DNA of 63,064 nt, filler included, from Welwitschia mirabilis (lineage: Eukaryota): assembly GCA_051453625.1 (NCBI GenBank). It is 7 parts of one record of this genome, joined end to end, with 100 filler letters (N's around TTAATTAATTAA, not from the genome) between each part and the next. Parts side by side here need not be neighbours in the genome. Positions count along the whole stretch, not along the records: positions 1 to 15,845 come from JBOZIK010000001.1; positions 15,946 to 20,844 come from JBOZIK010000001.1; positions 20,945 to 25,894 come from JBOZIK010000001.1; 4 more parts are not named here. One strand, 5' to 3'. How positions within the stretch are numbered: position 1 is the first letter of the stretch; each line of letters opens with the position of its first letter. This document shows positions 13,551 through 25,224 of the stretch, piece after piece. The position numbers and the translations under genes were made by a program. The notes under the pieces are model-generated. The model searched no databases. It was given only the letters and a program-made list of their open reading frames with translations, and was not told the origin of the DNA.

Positions 13551-15845
13551 GGTCATCTACTGAGGCCCTTATAGTGGTTGAAGCGACAATCTTGTCTACA
13601 GGTGAATTTTTCCCTTTGGAAATTTGGGACAAGGACCACTCTATGAATTGTGCTAGAAGAACCAAACCCTTGCTTTGTAGGATTATGAGTATGGTAATCA
13701 CCCTTAACTTGGTTGATTAGCACTTCAAAGTCTCCAAGAACATGAGTCTTCCTTTCCTTCATTGAAAGTGCTAGCTTTAGAGTCTACACAAGGGCCTCAT
13801 TTTCCATAGTGTTGTTTGAAGCAGCGAAATCCACTCTAGAAGCTCTTTGGATATAATGCCCATCTGGTGACCATAGCACCACACCGACTCCTCTTCCGTG
13901 TGTGTTAGTGGCTCCACTAAAGAACGCAGGCTGGTGAGGTAGGAAGTAAAGAATCCTTTTCTTGCCTTTGGTGCTTAGCCACTTCCATAATGTCATAGAA
14001 ATAAGTACGTAGACCTAAGTCTTGGATAGGCGCTTTAGGATTAGTCTTCTCTTCTTCATAGGCAGTGACATAACCAATGATTAAAATGTCGNNNNNNNNN
14101 NNNNNNNNNNNNNNNNNNNNNNNNNNNNNNNNNNNNNNNNNNNNNNNNNNNNNNNNNNNNNNNNNNNNNNNNNNNNNNNNNNNNNNNNNNNNNNNNNNNN
14201 NNNNNNNNNNNNNNNNNNNNNNNNNNNNNNNNNNNNNNNNNNNNNNNNNNNNNNNNNNNNNNNNNNNNNNNNNNNNNNNNNNNNNNNNNNNNNNNNNNNN
14301 NNNNNNNNNNNNNNNNNNNNNNNNNNNNNNNNNNNNNNNNNNNNNNNNNNNNNNNNNNNNNNNNNNNNNNNNNNNNNNNNNNNNNNNNNNNNNNNNNNNN
14401 NNNNNNNNNNNNNNNNNNNNNNNNNNNACAATTCCCGAGATTGTGTGCCGACATATTGCCGACACAATGGCGACATGTCTCTCTGACACGACTTTTGAGC
14501 CTGCCGACATTTTAATTTGCCGACATTTTACTCATTGGACATAATAGTTCAGATGAGGCTTTCTCTCAATATGAATCTGGTTAGGAAGGCTTCTTCAAAG
14601 GAGCTATATATGAGAGTAATCAGAAGATATAAGCAATAAGGGAAGCTACCTACATTCTAGTTAAGAAAGCTCCATATGTTGCAGGAATAACATAAAATTC
14701 TATAACACTCATAACTTGTGGTTACAAGCCAATTACATCTTTCAAAATAGTTTCTACCTTTACATTTGTCCAATCTAATTGTACCACTGATTTGCTACAC
14801 TCCTCTGGCGTAAGATCTAACTGCTTTACTATTTCAAAAGGAAGGATATTGAAAGAAGCTCCTTAGTCAATAAGGCAATTGTGAAGATTCTTTCCAACCA
14901 TTCGTAGGGTCACAAGGAAAAGGGGCAGCTTCTTCTTGGTCGTAAAGATGGTGGCCTTATCCTCTAACTCTGCTACATTCATCTATGGTGAGGAATCCTT
15001 TGACTAGTGGGCATCAGTAGACATACATGCCTAAGATAGCTTCTTCCTCTTATGTTTGCTCATCTGAAGAACTTAAAAAATTGAAAGATTTGCCTTACAT
15101 TTCTTCAAATCTTCCATAACATCATAGGCTATGACAACTTTCTTTGTCTCTTCTTTTGCTGCTTTGGAAGTGCCTTGTGCTGAAGGTGATGCCTGCTATC
15201 TGTCATCTCTTGAATGAAGGGGAGCGTCATTAGATGCATTCTAATTAGGAGGTGTAGTATTGCTATTGAGAGGAATAAATATAGTCATGGGATCCTCCTC
15301 CTTTCCAAGCGGATGATCCCATTCATGAGGTCTTGAAGGCTATCAAGGTTAGGTCTTGCTCCAAGAAGAAACGAGTCATACGATCTAGGGCTAACTTATA
15401 CACAACCATAATGTGGATGGCGCATGGCTTGTACTAGCCTAGAAGATGAGCATAGATGATGTAGAAATGGTTGTTGAATGCTCTAATTGTCTCATGTGCT
15501 CTTGTTTGATGGTGGCAAAATGCTAATATATTGTCTCTGAATTTGGTTCGCCTCCAAATTGCTGAGCAAACACTTGGATGAGCTCATTCCAGTAACTAAT
15601 GGACTTAGTTGGAAGTCATAGATATCAAAGTTAAGCTTCTTCCATAAGATAGAGAAACAATTGACATCAACATGCTCCTAAATAATAATGCCCAAGAAGT
15701 GAAGTCCTCTAGTTAAAGTGGTGATATGATCTTCAAGAGCCAAGGAAGAATGGGGGCTTCAAGCTTGAAAGAACATACCATGCTAAGCGGTTTGGCCATG
15801 GGAATAGGTTGCAAAGTAGAATGGATAGGATCGGTAGGAGAATAA
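13551..15845 (-). pseudogene. Ty3/gypsy (Tat-like) remnant: gag, protease, additional RNase H
   Basis: GVGVVLWSPDG..ASNNTMENEALV..GDFEVLINQVKGDY; LHNCLID*GASFNILP protease. Confidence 0.7.
14075..14537. mobile_element. Non-autonomous hAT-type element (MITE), centre in gap
   Basis: 17-bp TIRs CAATGATTAAAATGTCG / CGACATTTTACTCATTG (16/17); 8-bp TSD GACATAAC/GACATAAT; subterminal CCGACA repeats. Confidence 0.8.
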
Positions 15846-18776
15846 NNNNNNNNNNNNNNNNNNNNNNNNNNNNNNNNNNNNNNNNNNNNTTAATTAATTA
15901 ANNNNNNNNNNNNNNNNNNNNNNNNNNNNNNNNNNNNNNNNNNNNTAATAGGTGCAACGGTGTCAAGAAAAGATATGACTTTGATGGAGAGCGTGTGGCT
16001 GGGGAAGGCAAGGGGACAAGGAACAAAGCCTCAGAGGAAGAGTTGCCAAATGAGGATGAGCTCTTAAAGAATGGAAAGGATTAAAGGAAGTCTTCAATTT
16101 CTTTCTTCTTCTCTTGCTACCAATTTTTGGAGTGCATGTTGTAACGATAAGCCAATGCAACTATCAAACTTAGGCCCTTTTTAGTGACAAAGAGAACATG
16201 TTGATCTAAATTCTTTTTCCTTAGGCATGGAAAGGACAACACCATTCCATTTCTAGGGTGAGGCAAACTAGACTTGTACTAGAGGGCTGCTGGAAATTAA
16301 GTACCCAAAATGGACCATTAAGGTATGGACTAAGGCTTATGAGAAAACCTCACAGAATAAAGGCATTTAAAAGAAATGAAAAAGAGGTAAAGGGATAAGA
16401 GAGGCTAGGACTTCCAAAGAAAGGAGTTATCCTCTAGCTTGCTTCAAAGTATCTATAGTAGAACGGGGTGGAAGAGGTCTTTGGTTTCGGAAGCAAGGTT
16501 CCCAGTGGATCTCTTCCCAAGGCCGAAGTGAAGGTGGTCAAGGTTCTTCAAAAAAGTGGAAGGAGGAGACCCTAGAGGGGTGATCTTCTTCTAATAAAAC
16601 AAAGGGAAATCTCTTACTCATGGAAAGGAGCTTGCCTTAGCGAAAGTCCTTGATTCACTCTCTTTGATTTGCTTACAGATTGTAAGTAACAGAGTATGAG
16701 AAGAAAAGAACGCTTTATTGTAAAACTCTTAACTATTAAAACATTGCCTTTTTTCTGAAGAAAAAGAAGAGGGTATAGATAAGTCTTCGTAAACAAGAGA
16801 GGTAGGGAGACAAATAGAGCATTTAGACATAGAAAAGAGAGAGAAATATTGTTAGACTTAGAGAGATGCATAGATGAACTCTTCACAAGAAGAGAAAATC
16901 TTTTGTCTTCTTCATAAGGGAGAGGAATACTTGTGTGAGGTTGAGATTGTCATATGAGCATGGGAAGGGAAACCTCCAGTTTAACATATTAACATTACGA
17001 GACTAGAGAACGATTGGAAATACAAGAGATTACATTGAGAGGGTCCTTCAACCACAGGGACTACGAAGCAGGAGAGAAAGGGAAAAAATGTTTCTCTTGG
17101 CTCAGGGTAGAGAAGAGGGAGTGATGTGGAGGAAAGGGAAAGGGATGTGATGAGGGGCCCATATAACATCTCTTTGTTGTCTCCGAAGTGGCTGTGACCT
17201 TATGGGGTGTTAACTCCTTGAAGATTAGAGGTCGAAGCGATAGGAGATCGGTTTGGCCCCTGATGGTGTCAGAGGGGATCACCCCACTAGAATAGTAGTG
17301 ACTTCCTTGGTTATCAGGTTTTGGCACTCATCCTATGTTGTAATGTCTCGGGCGGGCTCGTTGGATTTTGGCGCATTCCAAGGATTTGGTGCAAACTTAT
17401 AACTCTTCTAGATCTGTGATACATGAACTTTGATGAAGATGTCCATAGAGGTAGAAACTAGACAATAGAGGCTAAAGAAAGTTGGAATGCACTAGTGCAC
17501 TAGGTTTGCAAAAGGAAGCAACAACTGGAAGAGAAACCTATTTGGCAGGAGGACTGGGTTGGATTCCAAATGAAGAGGCTGGATGAGCCTAAGGAAAGGA
17601 GAGACAGGGTCTTATGCCACACCCAAGGTGTGGAGGTTTTGGATTCGACAGCTAAGGCATCGAATAAGCTTGGATTCCATGTCTTGAGGGTGGAAAGTAC
17701 TAGGTGATAGAACAATGGGAGGGAAGAAGGAGGGAGGAGAAAGCAAAATGAAGAGGAAGGTGAGAAAAGGGTCAATAGATGGAAACTTCAGGCTTGGGGG
17801 TTGAGGGAGATGCTTTTGTCTAACATGAGTCCTGCACTTGGTCTAAATCACTAGAGGAGAAGGCTTCTTGAGCTTTGGAGTCACTTTCTGCCATAACAGA
17901 ATGTCTTCATTTTCGAATTCTAGTCCATAGGAGCCACTGAAAATCTTTTACGTTGCCCAAGGCATGGAAGTGCCTTGGATCCCATGCTGGGCATGGAATG
18001 CTGTGGAGACCCTAGGGGTGAAGGGTGGAGGATGAGGGGATGCAGAAGGGGATAGGAAGGGAAGAATGAAGAAGAAGTAGGAGGTTTGTTTAGTGGAAAA
18101 GAGGGTGGAGGATGAAGGAGGAGGCAGATGGGATGGGATGGGATGAGATCCCCAAGGAGGATGATCAGGTCCAGAGGGGTTTTCTCATTTGACTGGGATG
18201 AGAATGCTAAAGATAGTGCTGGAGGCGAGGGATCAAGATGGTGCTAGAGGTTGGAACTAAGGAGAAATGAAGAGTGCTAGGTTAACGCAGAGGTAGATTG
18301 CAAAGGTGGAGGAAAAATTGTGGGAGAGGATGGGGAATGAAGGAAGGGGAATCTGTAGCAAAGGGAGAAGGTGAAAATGTTTTGCAGAGGGTTGGAGTCC
18401 CATACTTACAATATTGAGTTGTGCATAGACATGGAATAAACCATTTTAATACATATATTACATTATTAACTAAAAGTAATACATCAATTTAGTAATAAGG
18501 TTTTACAGATAATGTACTTGTTTAATTTAAACAAAATATGGCAGGTAATAGTTATAATAATGAGAACGATAGTGAATTTACAAGTTTTAATTTTTAGATG
18601 TCAATAAATGTAATGGCACTTAGATTCCTAATAATTGCTTATCTTGTTTACATTATCTCAAAAACAAATGAGATTTGCTGTCTGTATATTGTCAAATTTC
18701 TTCCCTGTTTAGGGTCTACTTCTGTTAATATTATGTTTAGGGTCTATTTCTGATAATATTATTCTATTGTTTGCAG

Positions 18777-18854
18777 ACTCTTGGATGTTGTTGATTTCCT
18801 AGGGCAAATGATTGAAGATCACCAACGTGTTCAGCCAGATGCAAGGACATACGC
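18777..18854 (+). CDS. PTAC3: Internal exon of plastid transcriptionally active chromosome 3 (pTAC3/PAP1)
   Basis: TTGCAG acceptor, GTAAGC donor; encodes LLDVVDFLGQMIEDHQRVQPDARTY(A), matching recalled pTAC3 VQDVAELLGMMVEDHKRVQPNVKTYA; phase 2 fits the next exon. Confidence 0.88.
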
Positions 18855-19641
18855 GTAAGCACAAATAACTTATGTTTTTATAAATGGTGGAATAGTGAAT
18901 GCAAAATAATAATCATAAACACAAGGAGATGATTGGCAAATAAATTTGAATAGAAATTCCTGCAAAAAAATTGCAATCAATACAGAAAAGCCATTTTCTT
19001 TTCTCTCTCTACTTTTGATTATTCAGCTTAAATCATATGATCTCAAAAACCAGTTTATCTATTTGAAAATCTAGTAACTTATACTATTATCTCTCATAGA
19101 TTCATTGTTACATAAATTCCAAGGTTAATCAATTTGATTAAGATACACACTGTGATTTCTTTGATATTTGTGTTAGGTTTTGGTATGACAGCCTCCATCT
19201 GGTTGCTAAGAAACATATGCATGCTTGTAATTGTTTTTGGAATTGACATCAGCTGTAAATAATAAATACATCCTTATTTTATATCTTAGTGGAATGCACA
19301 GATCAATCTGATGTGATTCTTTATTACTTAGCACAATCATGCCTTGGAAATTGAGTTCTTAAAGAATCCATCTTGCTTATTGTTGATGCAGATTTAGATG
19401 GACCAATCATCTATTAATAAGGTTATTTTGCATTGATGTCTATGCCATAGTTTCCAGTTTTGTTCTTATTTCTCAAGACAACAGTAGAAGCGCTTCTCTT
19501 GTGCCAACATGTTATATGCCTTAGAATCTGGTGTCCTAGGTGTTGTAGATGACTCTCTAACCTAGAAATATATGTAAAAAAAGGGACACATAGCTGCTGT
19601 ATGTTCAGAAACCATAATAACAAACCATAGGGTTAGACATC

Positions 19642-19841
19642 AATTTTGTTTTCTTTTCTTTGCTTTTTTTCCCTTTGTGGGTAACAATTGGTAGGGAGGG
19701 ATGTGCCATACAAATGCCAAGTGCCACTTGGGCCCTTGCAATCTTTTCAAACTACACACCACAGCCAACATGCAGGTTTGAACTTGGCACCCTGGGTTTA
19801 GTATGTCCAAGACTTAACCAATGTGGCATTTGATGTTGGAC
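19642..19841 (-). mobile_element. tRNA-derived SINE
   Basis: A-box-like TGCCACATTGG (19828-19818); B box GTTCAAACC (19783-19775); A-rich tail; 13-bp TSD AGGGTTAGAC(A/G)TC. Confidence 0.8.
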
Positions 19842-19899
19842 AGGGTTAGACGTCTTTACATTAGAAGGAGGCTAGGTGTTTTCCCACATTTGTGTTGCT

Positions 19900-20440
19900 T
19901 TAGGGGGTTAGAGAGCCTAAACCAATTCATTTGCTATGCACACAAAGAAGCGAAAGGCCAAGAAACACAATGGACTAAAGTCGTATGCAAGAATTGATCA
20001 GATACAAACTCATGTTTTGAGCAGTTCCACTAGTAGGGAGTGTTTCTTGATTGCAAGAGAAGTGTCATTTGAAAGTACTTGGGGAAACTTTTAGGATATG
20101 AAGTCTTTGAACTTGGGATGAGTATTGACTAAGATTGCAGTCAACCTATTCAGAACAATGCCTTGTCCAACAATCAAGACGATCTCCAATTCTTCTTTCT
20201 TAAGATCAATTTTGTTGGGAAATTTTTATGAGGTTTGACTTAGATTGTTGCGCCTATCACTTCAGTGTTGAAGAAAACTTCAGAGGTAGACACTTAGAGG
20301 TAAGAATGCTTTTGAAATAATGACGCTATTTTTGCTGCTCCTTTGTTGGTCAGTCCAGATTTTAGGAAAGACTTTCACATTTACACTTGTTCCTCTTAGC
20401 AGACGACCGCCATTGTCCTTACACAGAAAATGCAGATCTG
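19900..20440 (+). pseudogene. Gypsy RT/RNase H remnant
   Basis: KINFV..IVAPITSVLKK..APLLVSPDFRKDFHIYT..AIVLTQK. Confidence 0.65.
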
Positions 20441-20544
20441 CAAGGAGACTAAGGGGTGTGCCCCAAAAGATGTAGAAGCTCAGGCACTACATTTTCTATT
20501 TCAAAGTACAAGTATGGTGTTTGAACTAGCAAGGAAGACCACAA

Positions 20545-20844
20545 TCGAAGAGAACAGAGGAGGTCTAGATATCGATTGAGCTTCTGAGAAATTTGAAGAA
20601 GCCATCAAACCTGCAAAACACAATATGCAAAAGAACCCTAGACTAGAGCAACCAGGCTCAGATACCAATTGTTAGGATCACCAAATACCCTGGGGGGGTG
20701 AATAGGGTTCTAAAAATTCTTTCAACAAACAACTAGACAATATAAAATATAAATAACAAATGCACTATACCGATTTATAGTGGTTCGGCTCTCCAAGCCT
20801 ATTCCACTCACAAGAGGCAGCAAAAGCTCTTCAGCCTCTTGGTT
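20545..20844 (-). mobile_element. SIRE-type 5' LTR end, PBS and truncated gag start
   Basis: LTR end at 20670; PBS 20655-20667; MASSNFSEAQSISRPPLF from 20605. Confidence 0.85.
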
Positions 20845-20944
20845 NNNNNNNNNNNNNNNNNNNNNNNNNNNNNNNNNNNNNNNNNNNNTTAATTAATTAA
20901 NNNNNNNNNNNNNNNNNNNNNNNNNNNNNNNNNNNNNNNNNNNN

Positions 20945-23156
20945 TACATAAGAAGGTAGATCGGATGGTATTTGGCCTTTCAGCTTTTGGCCTAGATATT
21001 CCTTCAGAATCAGAAGAGGAATTCGCCCCTAGAGATCTTGTTTCTTCTTCTCCTCATGATGAATTCTCAGATTAGCCTCCTTTTTTTTTCTCTCAGTCAC
21101 TCTTCTTCTCTCATTTTGTATCCTCCTCTATATCTTCCATCCCTCTTGTTTTGCGTTTTCAATGATGACAAAGGGGGAGAATATCATGGGTGTAAAATAT
21201 CGCTTAACTAATTGAACCTTTTTCTGCTTTAAAAAATCTATCTTGTTTTGGTTATCAAATGATTTGTATAATTTCTCATTTTATGTTTTGTATGAGCATA
21301 ATTCAAATCCTGTGTCTTTTTCAATTATGAACTAACCCCAGGAATATATACATATATATATAAACATAAAGGTTTCTTATTGTAGTATGTTGTTCTTTTT
21401 AAGCTTATTGAACAAGTAAAGCTCATGGTGATCAAGTTGCTGGACTAAGGGGGAGCATCTCCTGCATCAATAATTTTGTCATCATTGAAAAGGGGGAGAT
21501 TGTTGAGAACAAATATATTGCAATGATGAAGTCGACAAAATTATTCTCAGGTCAAAGTCAGCTCAAACCTGGAAAAGCGAAATCTGTCAAGAAATCTCAG
21601 AAAACTACAGAAATATACTAGGACGTTCGACCATTAGTCTGGGGACGTCCGACCCTGTACTCGGTAAAACATACTGGGATGTCCGACCATCAGTCTTGAG
21701 ACGTCCGACCCTGTACCCGGTGAAACATACTGGGACGTCCGACTCTCAACCTGGTACTGAGACGTTCAACTTTGTTTTTAGGACGTCCGAACCTGTTTCA
21801 GAATACTTGTAGAATACTGATTACAACTGGGACGCCCGACTTTTTAACTTGGGACGTCTGATAGGCTATCCGTTCGCATGCGGAAATAAGCGAAAACGAA
21901 CGTTGGACACTCATATCAAAACGCAAACGGCTAAGAAAAGGCCTGGCATGGCCCTGCAATCTATATAAGGGTTCTCAAAAGAGTCTCCTCAATAGAACAT
22001 CTATAAATATGCCTTTCAAAGATTGTTAGAACACCGAATTGTTGTACAAAAGAGGAAAACTTGACTCTGTTGTAAATGGAGAATCATTCTACTCCAAACT
22101 GCTGAAAATCAATCTCTCCACTTGTATGTAATGTTGATGTATCAAAGCTAGGAGGCTTACAAATNNNNNNNNNNNNNNNNNNNNNNNNNNNNNNNNNNNN
22201 NNNNNNNNNNNNNNNNNNNNNNNNNNNNNNNNNNNNNNNNNNNNNNNNNNNNNNNNNNNNNNNNNNNNNNNNNNNNNNNNNNNNNNNNNNNNNNNNNNNN
22301 NNNNNNNNNNNNNNNNNNNNNNNNNNNNNNNNNNNNNNNNNNNNNNNNNNNNNNNNNNNNNNNNNNNNNNNNNNNNNNNNNNNNNNNNNNNNNNNNNNNN
22401 NNNNNNNNNNNNNNNNNNNNNNNNNNNNNNNNNNNNNNNNNNNNNNNNNNNNNNNNNNNNNNNNNNNNNNNNNNNNNNNNNNNNNNNNNNNNNNNNNNNN
22501 NNNNNNNNNNNNNNNNNNNNNNNNNNNNNNNNNNNNNNNNNNNNNNNNNNNNNNNNNNNNNNNNNNNNNNNNNNNNNNNNNNNNNNNNNNNNNNNNNNNN
22601 NNNNNNNNNNNNNNNNNNNNNNNNNNNNNNNNNNNNNNNNNNNNNNNNNNNNNNNNNNNNNNNNNNNNNNNNNNNNNNNNNNNNNNNNNNNNNNNNNNNN
22701 NNNNNNNNNNNNNNNNNNNNNNNNNNNNNNNNNNNNNNNNNNNNNNNNNNNNNNNNNNNNNNNNNNNNNNNNNNNNNNNNNNNNNNNNNNNNNNNNNNNN
22801 NNNNNNNNNNNNNNNNNNNNNNNNNNNNNNNNNNNNNNNNNNNNNNNNNNNNNNNNNNNNNNNNNNNNNNNNNNNNNNNNNNNNNNNNNNNNNNNNNNNN
22901 NNNNNNNNNNNNNNNNNNNNNNNNNNNNNNNNNNNNNNNNNNNNNNNNNNNNNNNNNNNNNNNNNNNNNNNNNNNNNNNNNNNNNNNNNNNNNNNNNNNN
23001 NNNNNNNNNNNNNNNNNNNNNNNNNNNNNNNNNNNNNNNNNNNNNNNNNNNNNNNNNNNNNNNNNNNNNNNNNNNNNCTAGTTTAAATCGTTTTTGCAAA
23101 AAGAAATTTGAAGAACCCTATTCACCCCCTCTCGAGGGTATTCGGTGATCCTAACA
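20945..23156 (+). mobile_element. 3' part of SIRE-type element: multi-PPT region and LTR (21501-23156, gapped)
   Basis: AAGGGGGAG tracts at about 21171, 21448 and 21490; TGTTGAG start; GGACGTCC array; ATTCACCCCCT..GATCCTAACA end. Confidence 0.85.
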
Positions 23157-23344
23157 ATTTATAGTGGTTCGACAATCCTTGCCTACTCCACTTACAGGAG
23201 CAGCAATGTTCTTTCAGCCGCGTACATGGTTAGACATCCCGACTGAAACTTTGGACGTCCTGGATTGCACAACTTCTGATTTGCACAATTTTTGGTAATG
23301 CCACTACCTATCCTTCATCATCATTGAAACACTGGATACGACGA

Positions 23345-24060
23345 AACATTGGATACGACGACAAGTTCTTCCACAGGGCCATGGTAGAAGAGATTCAGGA
23401 GAATTAAGAACAAGCTTGTTCAGTGTATGAGAGAGAACCATGGTACAAGGATGTCCTTACTTATGCCGCTAGAGATTTATATTGTTCAAACTGCACTGAT
23501 TCCTAAAAGAAAGCACCTTGTTGAAACCTAGTAGATTCATGAACTTCTCTTCTGCAAAAAGGATGGGGGTGTCTACATGATATGCGTAACTCGAGTAGAG
23601 CTGACTCAAAGATCATGCGGGTAGGACACTAATGACTCACCATTAGGATGCGTGCATACAATCATACTAAATTTTGTGATATGTCTGAACATTTGGCATG
23701 TAGAGACGACACCCCTCCCCTGCCACTGTTGCTAGTGTTGGAGATGAGGGGGGAATTAACTTCAGTTGGAATTGTTTCATCCTCAGTGCTACAGATTATT
23801 GCACCAACTGGATGGAGGCAATTCCTACTTGCAATGCCAAACTGATATGGTTATTGATTTTCTGGAAAACAATATAATTTACCGGCTTTGCTATGCCAAA
23901 GCAATTGCATTTGATAACAGGCCAGTGTTTGCTTCCATCTGTTCCCTGGAGCAGTGTTATGATGAATGCATGAAATTGAACTTTTTATCCCAATATTATC
24001 TACAAAGCAACAGTTGAGCTGAAAGTTCAAATATGTTTAACGCCATGCAGAAAGCTTCAT
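23345..24060 (+). pseudogene. Gypsy integrase remnant
   Basis: WMEAIPT, VIDFLENNIIYRL..IAFDNRPVF, QYYLQSNS*AESSN. Confidence 0.65.
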
Positions 24061-24867
24061 TGCACTTGGAGGAACCAGTAGATGACCAAGAGTCAGTTGT
24101 ACATACAGGAAGGTTCCAGCTAATTCAAAAGAAGCAGTGCAGCTGACATGTCTTACTTAAGTATGCCTGGTGGGCAGACCACTTGGGCTTGATACAGTTT
24201 CCCATGAAGTGACCTCATGAAATTAAAAAATTAGTAAATATTAATGACTCATATGTAACACACATATCAAAGCATATCAAATTGAATGGAAACCAATACC
24301 TGAGGAATAAATAAGGAAAGTATCTAGACAAACACTGGCAAACTAAATAGAGAGCTCTGAAAGTGTAGGTCGTTCGCAAATGTACATCTAAGGCATTTGA
24401 CAACATATGTCTTGAGATCTTATTTAGAATGAAAATCTTGTTAATGACAATACGACGTCTTTTCAGTTAAGATCAAGGAACAGTAATCTGTATTTGTCTT
24501 TACCCACCATAAGGAAATTCCTGTGAATAGTAGATATGAAGAAGCTCTTCCTTAGGCATCAAAGTTAGTGCATCACTCTCCATACAAGCACCCAACGGAT
24601 CAACAAATTGCTTAGTGAGAATGGTCCTACTCTTTCCATTGACCCTAGAAGTTTGTAATTCAATTAGTTTCCTTACAGAAGGTCGATTTTTTCTAGGCCA
24701 TGTTAGAACTTCTCTTAATGGCATTATTTCTGCATTCATAAACAACAACATCCTAAATAATAATATAAGATATGTGTGACATTCTCTTTTGTTTATAGTT
24801 TCAACTACACTATATCATCTAAACATAGGTTGTGTTTGTTTTAGACGTTTTTGCATTTATTTATTTG

Positions 24868-24915
24868 GTGTGTGTGTGGGTTTGTGTGTGTGTTTCTGTG
24901 TGTGTGTGTTTGTGT
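24868..24915. repeat. Imperfect (TG)n microsatellite
   Basis: Direct read. Confidence 0.85.
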
Positions 24916-25066
24916 TCAAGTGACAAACATTCCATTTTCTTGTTATGAGTAGTTACCTCAAAATTTCAAGTTGTGAAAAATATTAGGAAGCATAGAGACG
25001 TAGTTTATTTGGGTCTTGAATGTAACCATTAGATAGATGTGTAACTAAAATTATTTAAACTTTCAG

Positions 25067-25224
25067 GTTATTGGTGGAGTGCCTTACAAAATACTGCATT
25101 ACATCTGAAGCTATGAGACACTTTCGGGCTCTAAGCACATATCCTAATGGAATGGAATTGTTGCACAATGATGGAAAGCATGGAGATCCCCTCTCTCTTT
25201 ATCTTAGAATGCTGTGTTTGGATG
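25067..25224 (+). CDS. PTAC3: Internal exon of pTAC3/PAP1
   Basis: TTTCAG acceptor, GTAAGG donor; encodes LLVECLTKYCITSEAMRHFRALSTYPNGMELLHNDGKHGDPLSLYLRMLCLD(G), matching recalled pTAC3 LLVECFTKYC..EAIRHFRAL..DPLSLYLRALCREG; no stops. Confidence 0.92.

Noticed and set aside
15889-15901. TTAATTAATTAA palindrome recurring at about 15889, 20889, 25939, 42289, 54679 and 61336
   Set aside because: Always centred in an N gap of about 100 nt; an artificial six-frame-stop scaffolding spacer.
21620-21860. Regularly spaced palindromic repeats resembling a CRISPR array
   Set aside because: Eukaryotic LTR U3 repeats; spacers are related to each other and there are no cas genes.
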